A stretch of DNA of 64,000 bases from an uncultured Pseudomonadota bacterium (GCA_963770835.1 CAVYRH010000026.1:192001-256000); one strand, 5' to 3'. Positions 1-10,099 are shown, counted from the stretch's first letter. Program-made: numbers and translations. Notes: generated from the letters alone by a model not told the origin.

Positions 1-999
1 CACACGAGGCCCAACGCGGGAGCCTATACCAGTCCCGGGCTCAAGGCCGCCGTGGCGGTGCATCACCATCCCTATACGCAGGGCTATGTCCGCAAGAAAC
101 TGCAGAATATCGGCGTGACCCGTGAGCCCTCCCTTATCACCGACCGTTCGGAGATCATCCATACCTCGCGGCAATATTCCACCATCCACTTCCCCACCCA
201 AGGGCCGGACCGCCTTGCCATCAACGCCGTGGCCGTTTCGCCCCGCCATTTCAACGACCCCATCGTGCGGGACCACATGGCCCTGGTGGACAGCGGGGAT
301 TGGCACGCCAGGATCGAAGGCTTCAATGCCTCCGAAAACCAGCGCAACCAGTACTACTGGCACAATGACAACAGCTTCAACTATTGCCACTACATCGACA
401 ACCAGGGTTACCATTGGTGGGGATGGTACGTGGGCAACCAGTTTTTCTGGAACCGTTATTACGGCAACCGCTGGTGGTGGTATGACTCTGGTTTTGACCG
501 CTGGTGTTTCTGGAACGAGGGTTATTGGTGGTGGCAGGATCCCTACCACGTGGGCGACCTCTATTGCTACAACAACGATAGTTACATCCCTTGCAACTCG
601 GCGGAGGACCAGGTGGTCGTGACCAGTTCGGACACCGCCGAATCCCAGGTCTACAGCAGCCCGGATGGAACCCGCCAGGTGAAGGTGGTTCCCGGAACCC
701 AGGACGCCTTCCTTTACGATACGTCCAACCCGCCTTCCTTCCAGCCGGTTTACCTGGCTTCGGGGGTGGAGAGCGTGACCTATTCGGACACCAGCAACGG
801 TAGGCCCTTGGAGATCGTGCTGAAGCTCAACGACGGCTCCTACGACATGTTCGACGAGAATGGGAATTCCTACGGACCGGGCAATTACGACGCGGACCAG
901 GCCACCATCGGCGGCCCGGATGACGGGGCCGCCAACAACCCGCCGCCGGATGGGGCGACGGCGCCCCCGGCCCCGGACAATGAAACGAACGGGACTTAA
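1..999 (+). CDS. Hypothetical protein with Trp/Tyr-rich central region and Pro/Asp-rich tail; 5'-truncated by the window edge
   Basis: Frame is open from position 1 to TAA at 997-999. Segment YHWWGWYVGNQFFWNRYYGNRWWWYD...WWWQDP. No family recognised. Confidence 0.7.
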   Translation, partial: HTRPNAGAYTSPGLKAAVAVHHHPYTQGYVRKKLQNIGVTREPSLITDRSEIIHTSRQYSTIHFPTQGPDRLAINAVAVSPRHFNDPIVRDHMALVDSGDWHARIEGFNASENQRNQYYWHNDNSFNYCHYIDNQGYHWWGWYVGNQFFWNRYYGNRWWWYDSGFDRWCFWNEGYWWWQDPYHVGDLYCYNNDSYIPCNSAEDQVVVTSSDTAESQVYSSPDGTRQVKVVPGTQDAFLYDTSNPPSFQPVYLASGVESVTYSDTSNGRPLEIVLKLNDGSYDMFDENGNSYGPGNYDADQATIGGPDDGAANNPPPDGATAPPAPDNETNGT

Positions 1000-1029
1000 A
1001 CTTTGAACCGGTAACAAAATTACTCCAAA

Positions 1030-1122
1030 CCCTCACCCCCTTGCGGGAGAGGGTAGGGTGAGGGGTGGCTGAAGCTAGGGAATCACCCTCACCCCGGCCC
1101 TCTCCCCTCGAGGGAGAGGGGG
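1030..1122. repeat. REP-like palindromic doublet (CCCTC..CCC-GGGAGAGGG type)
   Basis: CCCTCACCCCCTTGCGGGAGAGGGTAGGGTGAGGGG ... CACCCTCACCCCGGCCCTCTCCCCTCGAGGGAGAGGGG. Related copy at 46675-46761. Confidence 0.8.
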
Positions 1123-1178
1123 AAAAGTCTTAAAAATCGACTATTGTTTCCGGTTCTTAATTAAAAGGATGGGTTCGA

Positions 1179-1958
1179 TTGGGTCACCATCGGTTCCAGG
1201 CGTGGATGGGGGTCCTGCGGTTTGCGGTGATCCTCATCCTTATTTCCGCTTCGGCGGCCATGGCCGCCACGTCCTGGGAGTACTACCAGGCGGGGATGCG
1301 GTTTTATAACGGCCATGACTACGGCCAGGCCGCGCGCTATTTCCAAGCCGCGATCCAGCAGGACCCCAACAACTGGCAGGCCTACCAGGGCCTGGGCCTT
1401 TGTGATTACGCGCTGGGGGACAGGCCGGGAGCCAAGCAGGCCTTCGACCAATCCTTGAGGATCCACCCCGACAACCCCCAGCTCGCTCGCTTCGACGAGA
1501 GCCTGGATTCCGCCGTCCCGGCCTCCCCCGCCGGAAACAATCCCCGGCGCTCCACCATCACGGGCGGCGGCAATTTCGGGCTGGGATTAGTATTGGGGGC
1601 GCCCGGCGATTGGGGAGCCTCGGGCAAGTACTGGGTGGACGCCCAGAATGCCTTCCAGGGGGCCGTGAAATTCGCGGGCGGCGGAACGGTCCTGCAATTC
1701 CAATACCTCTGGCACGATTACGACGTCATCCATCCCGCCCAGGGGGCTTTTCCCTTTTATATCGGCGTGGGGGGCGACTTGGCCTTAGGGGGTGGCGTGG
1801 CTTTGGCGGGCTGTCTGCCCGTCGGATTGGATTACCTGTTCCAAAGGAAATCCGTTCCGCTGGATATCTTCGTGGAAGCCGTACCCACCTTGTGGTTCGG
1901 CACAGGCGGGGCCAGCTTCCAGATCTACGCCAACTTGGGAAGCCGGTTTTATTTTTAA
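1179..1958 (+). CDS. Secreted TPR protein with C-terminal beta-barrel-like domain
   Basis: Signal peptide; TPR-like helices (YYQAGMRFY...AARYFQAAIQQDPNNWQAYQGLG); amphipathic strands ending in RFYF. Confidence 0.75.
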   Translation: MGHHRFQAWMGVLRFAVILILISASAAMAATSWEYYQAGMRFYNGHDYGQAARYFQAAIQQDPNNWQAYQGLGLCDYALGDRPGAKQAFDQSLRIHPDNPQLARFDESLDSAVPASPAGNNPRRSTITGGGNFGLGLVLGAPGDWGASGKYWVDAQNAFQGAVKFAGGGTVLQFQYLWHDYDVIHPAQGAFPFYIGVGGDLALGGGVALAGCLPVGLDYLFQRKSVPLDIFVEAVPTLWFGTGGASFQIYANLGSRFYF

Positions 1959-1994
1959 GCGCTTATTTCGAGGCCGCGGACAAGCGGGTGCGGT

Positions 1995-2426
1995 ATGGGA
2001 GAAACATTCGGGTCGAGGATTCTGGTTGTTCTTCTGGTGGGAAGTTTTCTTAACCCATTGGCGGGATGCGCTAAAAGGCCTGGCGCGGTTTCGTTCGCGA
2101 GTGACGCTTATTCGCCGGGCGGAGGGGCGGCTCAAATGGAGCTTGCCCCACCCCCCAGCCCCATCTTTCGAAAAGAGAAACCTCAAGCTTCCTTAGGGTT
2201 GGGACTGTTTCCTGGAGGGTATTCGGACGTTCCGGGCCTTTATCAGGAGCAGCAAGATTCCTCCCACCGGTTGGACTCCATTAACGACTATCTCTACTCC
2301 AATTGCTCGGCCCGGCCGGTGAAATTAACCGGGATGGATCATTTCATAAATCAGCTTTGGAACCTGGGCAAGTTCGCCATTGCGGGGGCCGCGTTTATCG
2401 GGTATGTGGAAACCCAAAGAAAGTAA
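1995..2426 (+). CDS. Hypothetical lipoprotein
   Basis: Hydrophobic N-terminus with LAGC lipobox; fills the gap between same-strand genes. Confidence 0.5.
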   Translation: MGETFGSRILVVLLVGSFLNPLAGCAKRPGAVSFASDAYSPGGGAAQMELAPPPSPIFRKEKPQASLGLGLFPGGYSDVPGLYQEQQDSSHRLDSINDYLYSNCSARPVKLTGMDHFINQLWNLGKFAIAGAAFIGYVETQRK

Positions 2427-2459
2427 GACCGAACCTCGAAACAGAAAGGCTAGGGTTTT

Positions 2460-2861
2460 ATGGCGGTGAAAAAGAATAAGCCGGTTACCACTGAAAAAGA
2501 CCCCCGGACCTATTGGGCCTTGGAACGGACTTTCCTGGCGTGGCTTCGCACGGGGCTGGCCCTGATGGGGTTCGGTTTCGTCGTGGCCCGCTTCGGGCTT
2601 TTCCTGCGGATGCTGGAAGCCAAGGGAGCAGGGGATTTGTCCGCCGCCGGGCACGGCTGGTCCATGGTCTTCGGGACGGCCTTGGTGCTTTTGGGGGCGC
2701 TGGTCCAGGGAGGCGCCCTGGCCGCCTATCTTCGCGGAACGGCCCGGCTGGAAAAGGGCGAAACGCCCGAGGTCAAATCCTCTTTCCTGGCCGTAGGCTC
2801 GGCCCTCGTGCTTATCGTCATCGCAGTCGTGATGGCCTTCTACCTGATCCTCAAAGGATAA
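2460..2861 (+). CDS. DUF202 / YidH family membrane protein
   Basis: DPRTYWALERTFLAWLRTGLALMGFGFVVARFGLF signature; three TM segments. Confidence 0.9.
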   Translation: MAVKKNKPVTTEKDPRTYWALERTFLAWLRTGLALMGFGFVVARFGLFLRMLEAKGAGDLSAAGHGWSMVFGTALVLLGALVQGGALAAYLRGTARLEKGETPEVKSSFLAVGSALVLIVIAVVMAFYLILKG

Positions 2862-3036
2862 GAGTCCCTAACGTTGAGTTTGGGGCCACCGTCTTTTTAA
2901 CCGCTTTGTCACTTTGTGGTTCCCTCATCGGCCCCTAGAATGGCGCTCTCTGAACCAGTCCAAGGAGCCGGTGTGTGCCGGCCCTCCATTTCATGCGGCG
3001 AGCCGCACGAAGGATTAAACCTTAAACGGCAGTTGG

Positions 3037-3165
3037 GCCGCAAATCAGCGTAAATTTTCGCAGATTTAAAAGACAAAATCCAAAAAGGCATTCCACCTTT
3101 TGGGTAAAAGTAGTGAAGATTGTTTTTTGTTTAAAAATCAGCGTCAATCCGCGCAAATCTGCGGC
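3037..3165. repeat. Imperfect inverted-repeat element (GCCGCAGAT...ATCTGCGGC type)
   Basis: Arms 3037-3067 and 3135-3165 match at 22/31 positions in reverse complement and enclose an AT-rich spacer. Confidence 0.6.
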
Positions 3166-3197
3166 TAATGCTTTTTTTAGATTAAAGGAAAGTCGGC

Positions 3198-5171
3198 ATG
3201 GCCAAAAACAAAGTGGAGGAAGTCGTCCTGGGCAAAACCCTGGACCCCACGGACAAGAACGTCTTCCACAAGATCAGCTTGATCGCCTTCCTGGCCTGGG
3301 TGGGCTTGGGCGCCGACGGGCTTTCCTCCGCCGCTTACGGGCCGCCGGAGGCCTACAAGGCCCTGGGCGCCGCCTACCACCATATTTCCATCTTCCTGGC
3401 CCTGGCCACCGCCGTGACGGTCTTCATCATCTCCGCCAGCTACAACCAGATCATCGAGTATTTCCCCAACGGCGGGGGCGGCTATGTGGTGGCCAGCAAG
3501 CTTCTCTCCCCCGTGGCGGGGCTTTTTTCCGGCTGTGCCCTGCTGGTGGACTATATCTTGGACATCTCCATTTCCATCGCCGCCGCCGTGGATGCCATCG
3601 GCTCCTTCTCCCCGCTTATCGTTCCCCACAAGCTGGCCCTCGAGGTGGCCGCAGTGCTTTTCCTCATTTGGCTGAACTTGCGGGGGATCAGCGAATCCAT
3701 CAAGACCCTCCTGCCCCTCTTCCTCCTTTTCGTGGCCACCCATATCCTTTTGATCGGGGTCGGGCTGTGGAGCCATTTCCAGCAAATCCCCGCGGTCATC
3801 CAGGGCGCTTTCACCGAGACCCACCAGATCATTTCCGGCCCGCTGGGGTTTTGGGGCTTCCTGGTCATCTTTTTCACCGCCTACAGCCTGGGCGGCGGGA
3901 CCTACACGGGGCTCGAGGCGGTTTCCAGCGGAATGGCCAGCCTGGAGGAGCCCCGGGTGAGGACGGGGCAGCGCACCATGATGTACATGGCCGTTTCGCT
4001 CTCCCTGGCGGCCGGGGGCATACTGTTCCTTTACGTGCTTTTCGACGTGCAGTTCCAGCCGGACAAGACCCTCAACACCTCCCTGGCCGACGCGATTTTC
4101 CTGCCCCTTTTCGGCGGGCAGTGGGGCTCCTGGATTTCCATTACGACCATTCTTTCCGAGGGGCTCCTGCTTTTCATCGCGGCCCAAACCGGCTTCATCG
4201 GCGGCCCCATCGTGATGGCCAACCTGGCCGTGGATGCCTGGCTGCCCCAGCGCTTCGCCAACCTGTCCCACCAGCTGGTGCGCATGAACGGAATCCTTTT
4301 CATCGGCGGCGTCTCATTGGTCCTGCTCCTGCTTTCCAAGGGAAACGTGGACTTTTTGATCATCCTCTTCGCCATCAACGTCTTCATCACCTTCAACCTC
4401 TCCCAGCTTTCCATGTGTGTCCATTGGTGGAAGGTGCGCAAGGAGAAAAAGGGCTGGTATTGGAAGTTTTTCATCAACGGGCTGGGCTTTTGCCTGACCA
4501 CCATCGTCCTGACGGCCACGCTGGCCACGAAGTTCACCCAAGGGGGCTTCATCACGCTGCTCATCACGGGGGCCCTGATCGTCCTTTGCTTTTTGGTCAA
4601 GCGCCATTACCAAAGCGTGGCGACGGCCTTGAAACGCCTGGACGAGACTCTTTCCGACCTGCCCCTTCCCCCCGCCTCAAAAAGGGGCAAAAAGAAGGAC
4701 GCCTGCGACCGGGACAAGCACACGGCAGTGGTGCTGGTGGACCGCTTTGGGGGGCTGGGCATCCACGCGGTCTTTTCCACCGAGAAGATCTTCGAGAACC
4801 GCTTCAAGGATTTTCTTTTTCTTTCCATCGCCCGGGTCGACTCCGGCCAGTTCAAGGGGATCGAGGAGCTGGATAACTTGAAGAAAAACACCGAGGACAA
4901 CCTGAGGCAATACGTGGACCTGGTTAACCGCATGGGGTGCCGGGGGGAATACCGTTACGCCGTGGCCACGGACCTGATCGAGGGCATGGAGGAACTCTGC
5001 CAAAAAGTGTCGGGGGATTTCAAGAACCCCACCTTTTTCATCGGGAAGCTCATCTTCGCCAAGGAATCCCTTTGGACGCCCTTCCTGCACAACCATATCG
5101 CCCTGGAAATCCAGCGGCGGCTGATCTTCAAGGGGCTCAACATGATGGTCGTGCCGGTAAGGGTGCTATAG
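3198..5171 (+). CDS. APC family permease (KimA/YdaO-like amino acid or K+ transporter)
   Basis: GLGADGLSSAAYGPPEA, YNQIIEYFPNGGGGY, LLVDY and YTGLEAVS motifs; about 12 TM segments plus a cytoplasmic C-terminal domain; AAAGGA RBS. Confidence 0.9.
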   Translation: MAKNKVEEVVLGKTLDPTDKNVFHKISLIAFLAWVGLGADGLSSAAYGPPEAYKALGAAYHHISIFLALATAVTVFIISASYNQIIEYFPNGGGGYVVASKLLSPVAGLFSGCALLVDYILDISISIAAAVDAIGSFSPLIVPHKLALEVAAVLFLIWLNLRGISESIKTLLPLFLLFVATHILLIGVGLWSHFQQIPAVIQGAFTETHQIISGPLGFWGFLVIFFTAYSLGGGTYTGLEAVSSGMASLEEPRVRTGQRTMMYMAVSLSLAAGGILFLYVLFDVQFQPDKTLNTSLADAIFLPLFGGQWGSWISITTILSEGLLLFIAAQTGFIGGPIVMANLAVDAWLPQRFANLSHQLVRMNGILFIGGVSLVLLLLSKGNVDFLIILFAINVFITFNLSQLSMCVHWWKVRKEKKGWYWKFFINGLGFCLTTIVLTATLATKFTQGGFITLLITGALIVLCFLVKRHYQSVATALKRLDETLSDLPLPPASKRGKKKDACDRDKHTAVVLVDRFGGLGIHAVFSTEKIFENRFKDFLFLSIARVDSGQFKGIEELDNLKKNTEDNLRQYVDLVNRMGCRGEYRYAVATDLIEGMEELCQKVSGDFKNPTFFIGKLIFAKESLWTPFLHNHIALEIQRRLIFKGLNMMVVPVRVL

Positions 5172-5205
5172 CCGACGGCTGACAACCGAGGACCGACAGC
5201 TGGCT

Positions 5206-6141
5206 TTAAGCCGTCATCGTGCCTTCGGCCAGATCCTCCGCCTCATTCTCCAATTGAATCCGGGCCGCTTCCAGGCGTTTCCGGCGCTCCGCCGTGATTT
5301 TAGGAAATTCCAACCCCAAGGAAGTGATTGTCCCCGTCAGGATGTCCGCTACCAGGGTACGGGACGCCCATTTGTGGTTGGAGGGGATCACGTACCAGGG
5401 CGCCCATTCGGTGGAGGTGGCGGCCAGGGCATCCTCGTAGGCCTGCATGTAATCATCCCAATAGGCCCGCTCAGGCAGGTCCGAATCCGAGAACTTCCAA
5501 TGCTTAGCCGGGTTGTTCAGGCGTTCCAGGAGCCGCTTGCGCTGTTCGTCCTTGGACATGTGCAGGTAAAACTTCAGCACGATGATGCCGTTGCGGGTGA
5601 GGTGCTTCTCGAAGTGGTTGATGTCGCTGTAACGGTGCCTCCAGATGTTCTCGCCCTTGATCCCCGGGGGAAGCTTTTGGTTTTCCAGGTATTCGGGATG
5701 CACCTTCACCACCAGCACGTCCTCGTAATAGGAGCGGTTGAAGATGCCGATGCGGCCCCGCTGGGGGATGTTTTTCATGTAGCGCCAGAGGAAGTTGTGG
5801 TCCAGCTCGTCGTTGGTGGGCTTCTTGAAGTTGGCCACCTGGCAGGCCTGGGGGTTGAGCCCCGACATAACATGGCGGATGATGCCATCCTTGCCGGCGG
5901 CGTCCATAGCCTGCAGGATCACCAGGACGCCGTAGGTATCGGAGGCCCACAACAGGTTCTGGGCCTCGGCCAGGTTTTCCAGGTTGCGCTTGAGGATCTT
6001 CTTGGCCAGTTTCATGACCCGCTCCTCACCGAAGCGGTCCAACAGGTCCTTGTGGGAGGCCCAGCCCGGGTCTAGGTCCTTGAAATAAACGTTCTTGCCC
6101 GGCTTCACAATGAATTTGTTCAGGAAGCTCTTCTGGATCAT
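5206..6141 (-). CDS. Polyphosphate kinase 2 family protein (polyP:nucleotide phosphotransferase)
   Basis: QAMDAAGKDG Walker A, IFNRSYYEDV, APWYVIP. Start set at MIQKS after AAGGAG. Confidence 0.92.
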   Translation of the reverse strand: MIQKSFLNKFIVKPGKNVYFKDLDPGWASHKDLLDRFGEERVMKLAKKILKRNLENLAEAQNLLWASDTYGVLVILQAMDAAGKDGIIRHVMSGLNPQACQVANFKKPTNDELDHNFLWRYMKNIPQRGRIGIFNRSYYEDVLVVKVHPEYLENQKLPPGIKGENIWRHRYSDINHFEKHLTRNGIIVLKFYLHMSKDEQRKRLLERLNNPAKHWKFSDSDLPERAYWDDYMQAYEDALAATSTEWAPWYVIPSNHKWASRTLVADILTGTITSLGLEFPKITAERRKRLEAARIQLENEAEDLAEGTMTA

Positions 6142-6294
6142 CAGGGATCTCCTTGGGTGAAATAGGGAGGCCATTATCCAGGAAGAAAAACAATCAAAGC
6201 GGCAGAATCGCGACTTTTTACCAAGACGTAACAAGGCGGGGGGGAAATGTTATAGTGATAGGCCTAATCTCAATAGTTCCATCCAGAGGACCCA

Positions 6295-6735
6295 ATGCCA
6301 CCTTTATTGATTCCCATGCTTTTGATGACTTTGGTTTTTTCCGTCGTTGTGGCAATCGGGGCAGGCCCCATCGCGGCCGCCGTGGGGGGCTGGGGCCAAC
6401 TGGCGAACTATTACCGGGCCACCAACCCTTTCGAGGGAAAGAAGCGAGTTGCCTCGGGGGGAATGGGCCTTGCCAATTACGGTTTTTCCCTTCTCCTGGG
6501 GGCCGACGCCCGGGGTTTTTCCATGGAGACCACCGGCTTCGTGCGCACGGGGCATGCCCCGCTTTTCATCCCCTGGTCCGACGTCAAGGCCACGGAGGCT
6601 TCCGGTTTGTTTGCGCCCCGGGTCCTTGTTGAATTTTCCAGGGCCCCGGGTATTGTCTTGCGCCTGACGAAAAAGACGGTGTTACAGCTGAAGGAAGGGG
6701 CGGGCGCACCCCAAGCCTTCCCCGGAATTCTTTAA
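6295..6735 (+). CDS. Hypothetical membrane-anchored protein
   Basis: N-terminal TM; GGW..LA..Y and H.PLFIPWSDV motifs. Confidence 0.65.
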   Translation: MPPLLIPMLLMTLVFSVVVAIGAGPIAAAVGGWGQLANYYRATNPFEGKKRVASGGMGLANYGFSLLLGADARGFSMETTGFVRTGHAPLFIPWSDVKATEASGLFAPRVLVEFSRAPGIVLRLTKKTVLQLKEGAGAPQAFPGIL

Positions 6736-6741
6736 ACCCCC

Positions 6742-8232
6742 ATGGAAACTCCCTCCTCCGGCCAACAAGGCATCCTCCTGAAAATCGCGGTCAAAGCCAT
6801 GGTTGACCGGGGCTTTGAACCCAACTTTCCGCCCGAGGCCCTTGCTCAATTGGAGGCAATCCGACTACCGGCGGGGGAGGCTGGTCCCTTGAAGGACCTT
6901 ACCGGGCTCCTTTGGTGTTCCATCGACAACGACGACTCTAAGGATTTGGACCAGCTTTCGGTGGGGGAGAAGCTGCCGGATGGCCGGGTCAAGGTCTATG
7001 TGGCGGTGGCCGACGTGGACGCCCTGGTGAAACGGGGCACGCCGCTCGACCTGCACGCCCAAAAGAACACCACTTCGGTTTACACGGGCGTCAAGACCTT
7101 CCCCATGCTGCCCGAAAGGCTTTCCACGGACCTAACTTCCCTCAACGAAAACGAAAAGCGCGCGGCCCTAGTGGTGGAAATGACGGTGGACGGGGAAGGC
7201 CGGGTGCCGGAATCCGCCGTTTACGGGGCCTGGGTGCAAAATAAGGCCAAGCTGGCCTATAACGCGGTCGGGGCCTGGCTGGAGGGGAAGGGGCCCCTGC
7301 CCCCGGCGGCCGGGCGCGTGCCGGGCATGGACGCCCAATTAAAGCTCCAGGACGGGGCCGCCCAAAGCTTGCGCCGCCTGCGCTACGAGCACGGGGCCTT
7401 GGAACTGGAAACGCTCCAGCCCCGGCCCGTCACGAAAGACGGGGAAGTCGTCGACTTGGCGCTGGAATTCCAGAACCGCGCGGGCGAATTGATCGAGGAC
7501 TTCATGGTCGCGGCCAACGGCGTGACGGCGCGGTTCCTTACGGCTGCCGGATTCCCCACCCTGCGCAGGGTGGTCCGGACCCCCGAACGGTGGGACAAAA
7601 TCGTTTCGGTGGCGGAAAGTTTGGGAGAAAAACTTCCAGGACAACCCGATTCCAAGGCACTCAACGACTTCCTGGCCCGCCAGCGAAAGAAGGACCCCCT
7701 GCGTTTTCCCGACCTGTCCTTAACCGTCGTGAAACTCCTGGGCCGGGGCGAGTACGTGCCCGAGGCGCCGGGAGAGGTCCCCTTGGGCCACTTCGGCCTG
7801 GCCGTGAGGGACTACAACCATTCCACCGCCCCCAACCGCCGCTATCCGGACCTCATCACCCACCGCCTCCTGAAGGCGGCGCTGGCCAAAGCCCCCGCGC
7901 CCTACAGCCGGGAGGAACTATCCTCCCTCGCGGCCCATTGCACGGCCCAGGAAAACGCCGCGGACAAGGTGGAGCGGCAGGTGCGCAAATCCGCCAGCGC
8001 GCTTTTCCTTTCCAAGCGCATCGGCGATTATTTCGAGGCCGTCGTCACCGGCGCCTCGGACAAGGGCACCTGGGTGCGGGTTTTGAACCCCGCCGTGGAA
8101 GGGAAGGTGGTGCAGGGGGCCCGGGGATTGGACGTGGGCGACCGGGTAAGGGTAAAGCTGATTGAAGTGAACGTGGAGAACGGCTGGATTGATTTCGTCA
8201 ATGCCGGACAGCACCCAGGGCCTTCGAAATGA
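6742..8232 (+). CDS. RNB-domain exoribonuclease (RNase II/R family)
   Basis: SIDNDDSKDLDQ catalytic motif, LIEDFMVAAN, GHFGLA..YNHSTAPNRRYPDLITHR; C-terminal S1-like domain. Confidence 0.92.
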   Translation: METPSSGQQGILLKIAVKAMVDRGFEPNFPPEALAQLEAIRLPAGEAGPLKDLTGLLWCSIDNDDSKDLDQLSVGEKLPDGRVKVYVAVADVDALVKRGTPLDLHAQKNTTSVYTGVKTFPMLPERLSTDLTSLNENEKRAALVVEMTVDGEGRVPESAVYGAWVQNKAKLAYNAVGAWLEGKGPLPPAAGRVPGMDAQLKLQDGAAQSLRRLRYEHGALELETLQPRPVTKDGEVVDLALEFQNRAGELIEDFMVAANGVTARFLTAAGFPTLRRVVRTPERWDKIVSVAESLGEKLPGQPDSKALNDFLARQRKKDPLRFPDLSLTVVKLLGRGEYVPEAPGEVPLGHFGLAVRDYNHSTAPNRRYPDLITHRLLKAALAKAPAPYSREELSSLAAHCTAQENAADKVERQVRKSASALFLSKRIGDYFEAVVTGASDKGTWVRVLNPAVEGKVVQGARGLDVGDRVRVKLIEVNVENGWIDFVNAGQHPGPSK

Positions 8233-8528
8233 AAAAATGCCACGCCTGCGGGGAGCCCTGGGAAGGGACGCCGGGCAGCCAGCCGGGGCGCAACGAAACC
8301 TGCGTCAAGTGCGGGGCGGACCTGCATTGCTGCCTCAACTGCCGCCACTACGACCCCTCGGTGCACCACGAATGCCGGAGCTCCACCACCGAGTACGTGA
8401 AAGACAAGGAAAAGCAAAATTATTGCGATGAATTCGAATTCACGGGTGCGGGCAAGAGCCCAGGCGGTGGCGGGTCTTCCTCCCAGGGGGATATGGAAAG
8501 CAAATGGAAAGACTTGTTTAACGAATAA
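8229..8528 (+). CDS. Small Cys-rich (zinc-ribbon-like) hypothetical protein
   Basis: CHAC, CVKC.ADLHCCLNCRHYD, NYCDEF; ATGA overlap with the RNase gene. Confidence 0.8.
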   Translation: MKKCHACGEPWEGTPGSQPGRNETCVKCGADLHCCLNCRHYDPSVHHECRSSTTEYVKDKEKQNYCDEFEFTGAGKSPGGGGSSSQGDMESKWKDLFNE

Positions 8529-8619
8529 TTATGAATTTTAAATTGAGGAAGTTTTCAATCTTTGATTGAAAACGACCGGCCATTTTAATGTTTTAAAGAT
8601 ATCCAAAAAGGAGCCGTCC

Positions 8620-8796
8620 ATGAAAAACGTCGAAATGAAGGTGGAAGGCAACATCCTGACGATCAAGGTGGATTTGTCCAAGGAGTTCGGCCCTTCCTCA
8701 TCGGGCAAAACGACCATCATCGCTTCCACTGAAGGGAATATCTCCGTCTCCGACCGGGATGAGAAGGTGGGCCTGAACGTTTATAAAAAGAAGTAA
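8620..8796 (+). CDS. Small hypothetical protein
   Basis: AAGGAG RBS; MKNVEMKVEGNILTIKVDLSKEFGPSSSGKTTIIASTEGN. Confidence 0.8.
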   Translation: MKNVEMKVEGNILTIKVDLSKEFGPSSSGKTTIIASTEGNISVSDRDEKVGLNVYKKK

Positions 8797-8802
8797 CCGG
8801 GG

Positions 8803-9123
8803 TTAGGGTTGGCGGCGCTCTGCGCCCGTAGGGCTGGCGCCTTCGGACTTGCGGCGGTCCTTGGAATAAAGCACGTAATTTCCACCGATTTTCTTATAAA
8901 CGTACTTGTTTTCGGCGTCCCAGAAAAGGCCCTGGGCAATAGGTTTCAAGTGGATGGGCATGGCGTCAAACTTGTACCGGCGGTCCTTGGGCACGGGGCG
9001 GTGGGAAAACCGCCGGTCATGCCGCACAAAAGTGAAAGTTAAGCCCTGTTTCTTGAGGATGGTCTTTTTGACAGGATCGAAGTAGAAATTTCCACTGAGT
9101 TTGATGTAGTTTTTCTCGGACAT
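8803..9123 (-). CDS. Hypothetical protein with internal duplication and DRR/ERR motifs
   Basis: Two similar halves (KLSGNFYFDPVKKTILKK / PIAQGLFWDAENKYVYKK), each followed by DRR...(D/E)RR. Confidence 0.7.
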   Translation of the reverse strand: MSEKNYIKLSGNFYFDPVKKTILKKQGLTFTFVRHDRRFSHRPVPKDRRYKFDAMPIHLKPIAQGLFWDAENKYVYKKIGGNYVLYSKDRRKSEGASPTGAERRQP

Positions 9124-9244
9124 GGTTCCCCCGATATTTTCCCGTATTCTAACCCGGATCGAGGGTTCTCCTAGGCTTTGTAAAAGTAATTTTTTTCACA
9201 AATTTTTCATGCATTTCGCCTTCTTTTACCTAAAATGATAAGCG

Positions 9245-10093
9245 ATGAAAATGCTTTCCATAGAGCCACAAAAACCAACCACCGAGATCCTCGATGATTC
9301 CAAGTACGCCCGGGGCACGGGGATTTTCTCCATCTACGAAAAGATCGAGCTTCCAGCCGAACCCAAGAAGCGCTGCCTGGCCCTCCTGGAGCTGGGCAAC
9401 GACACGCTTTTAGCCAACGACTTCAACATCCTCGATTTCGTCCCCTATCCCGGCCTGGGCAACGTGAAGCCGGACGAGCCGCTGAAATACTCCTGGATCC
9501 TTTCCGAATCCCACCGGCTGATGATTTACGACCCCAAGACCAAGCGCCTGATCGACGAGCTTTACACCTGCAGCCCGGAGAAGGACGGGCAGCTGATGTT
9601 CGAAAAAACCAACAAGCTCCTCAAGAAACCCACCAAGACCGTCACCTTGAACGAGATCGTGGGGAAGGAAATAGCCCTCAAGGAGGAGCCGGATAAGCTG
9701 TTCCATTCGGTCAAGAAGGCCTCCACCAAACTGAGGTTCGCCCCGGACCAGAACTATTGCGTGTCCGCTGTTTTTTTCGACATCCCAGACCGCAAGCTGG
9801 ACGAGGACAGCCTGGAACTCATGCTCACCAAGGCGCTCAACAAGGATGACCAGAAACCCGTCATCGAATCGGCCTGCCGCTACGATCCGCAAGGCTACAC
9901 TTACATCCACCAGTCCTCCAAGCACTTCGCCGGGCTCCACAGCTACCCCGGCACCTTGAAGTCCGCCCACTTGAGCCTCATCGGCACGGGCAACGCCGTC
10001 GTGTCGGTCCTGGAGGACATGGAAGAAGTGGTTTACACCCGAAAAAAGTCCGAGCCCACCATCAGCGTGAAGATCGTCGCCGAGGATTTTTAA
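9245..10093 (+). CDS. Hypothetical cytoplasmic protein
   Basis: 282-aa ORF with host-like GC3 bias; TAAAAT 8 nt upstream of ATG. Confidence 0.75.
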   Translation: MKMLSIEPQKPTTEILDDSKYARGTGIFSIYEKIELPAEPKKRCLALLELGNDTLLANDFNILDFVPYPGLGNVKPDEPLKYSWILSESHRLMIYDPKTKRLIDELYTCSPEKDGQLMFEKTNKLLKKPTKTVTLNEIVGKEIALKEEPDKLFHSVKKASTKLRFAPDQNYCVSAVFFDIPDRKLDEDSLELMLTKALNKDDQKPVIESACRYDPQGYTYIHQSSKHFAGLHSYPGTLKSAHLSLIGTGNAVVSVLEDMEEVVYTRKKSEPTISVKIVAEDF

Positions 10094-10099
10094 AAGACG

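Noticed and set aside
2862..3197. c-di-AMP (ydaO) riboswitch expected upstream of a KimA-like permease
   Set aside because: The conserved elements I recall (GCGGGGGA, GGGGTGAAT, CCCGAA.CCGTCAGCTAAC) are absent; the region holds an inverted repeat instead.
3113..4876. 587-aa alternative-frame ORF, and similar long shadows such as 29262-30830 and 51552-52724
   Set aside because: These are stop-poor alternative or antisense frames overlapping well-supported genes, typical of high-GC DNA, with no recognisable motifs.
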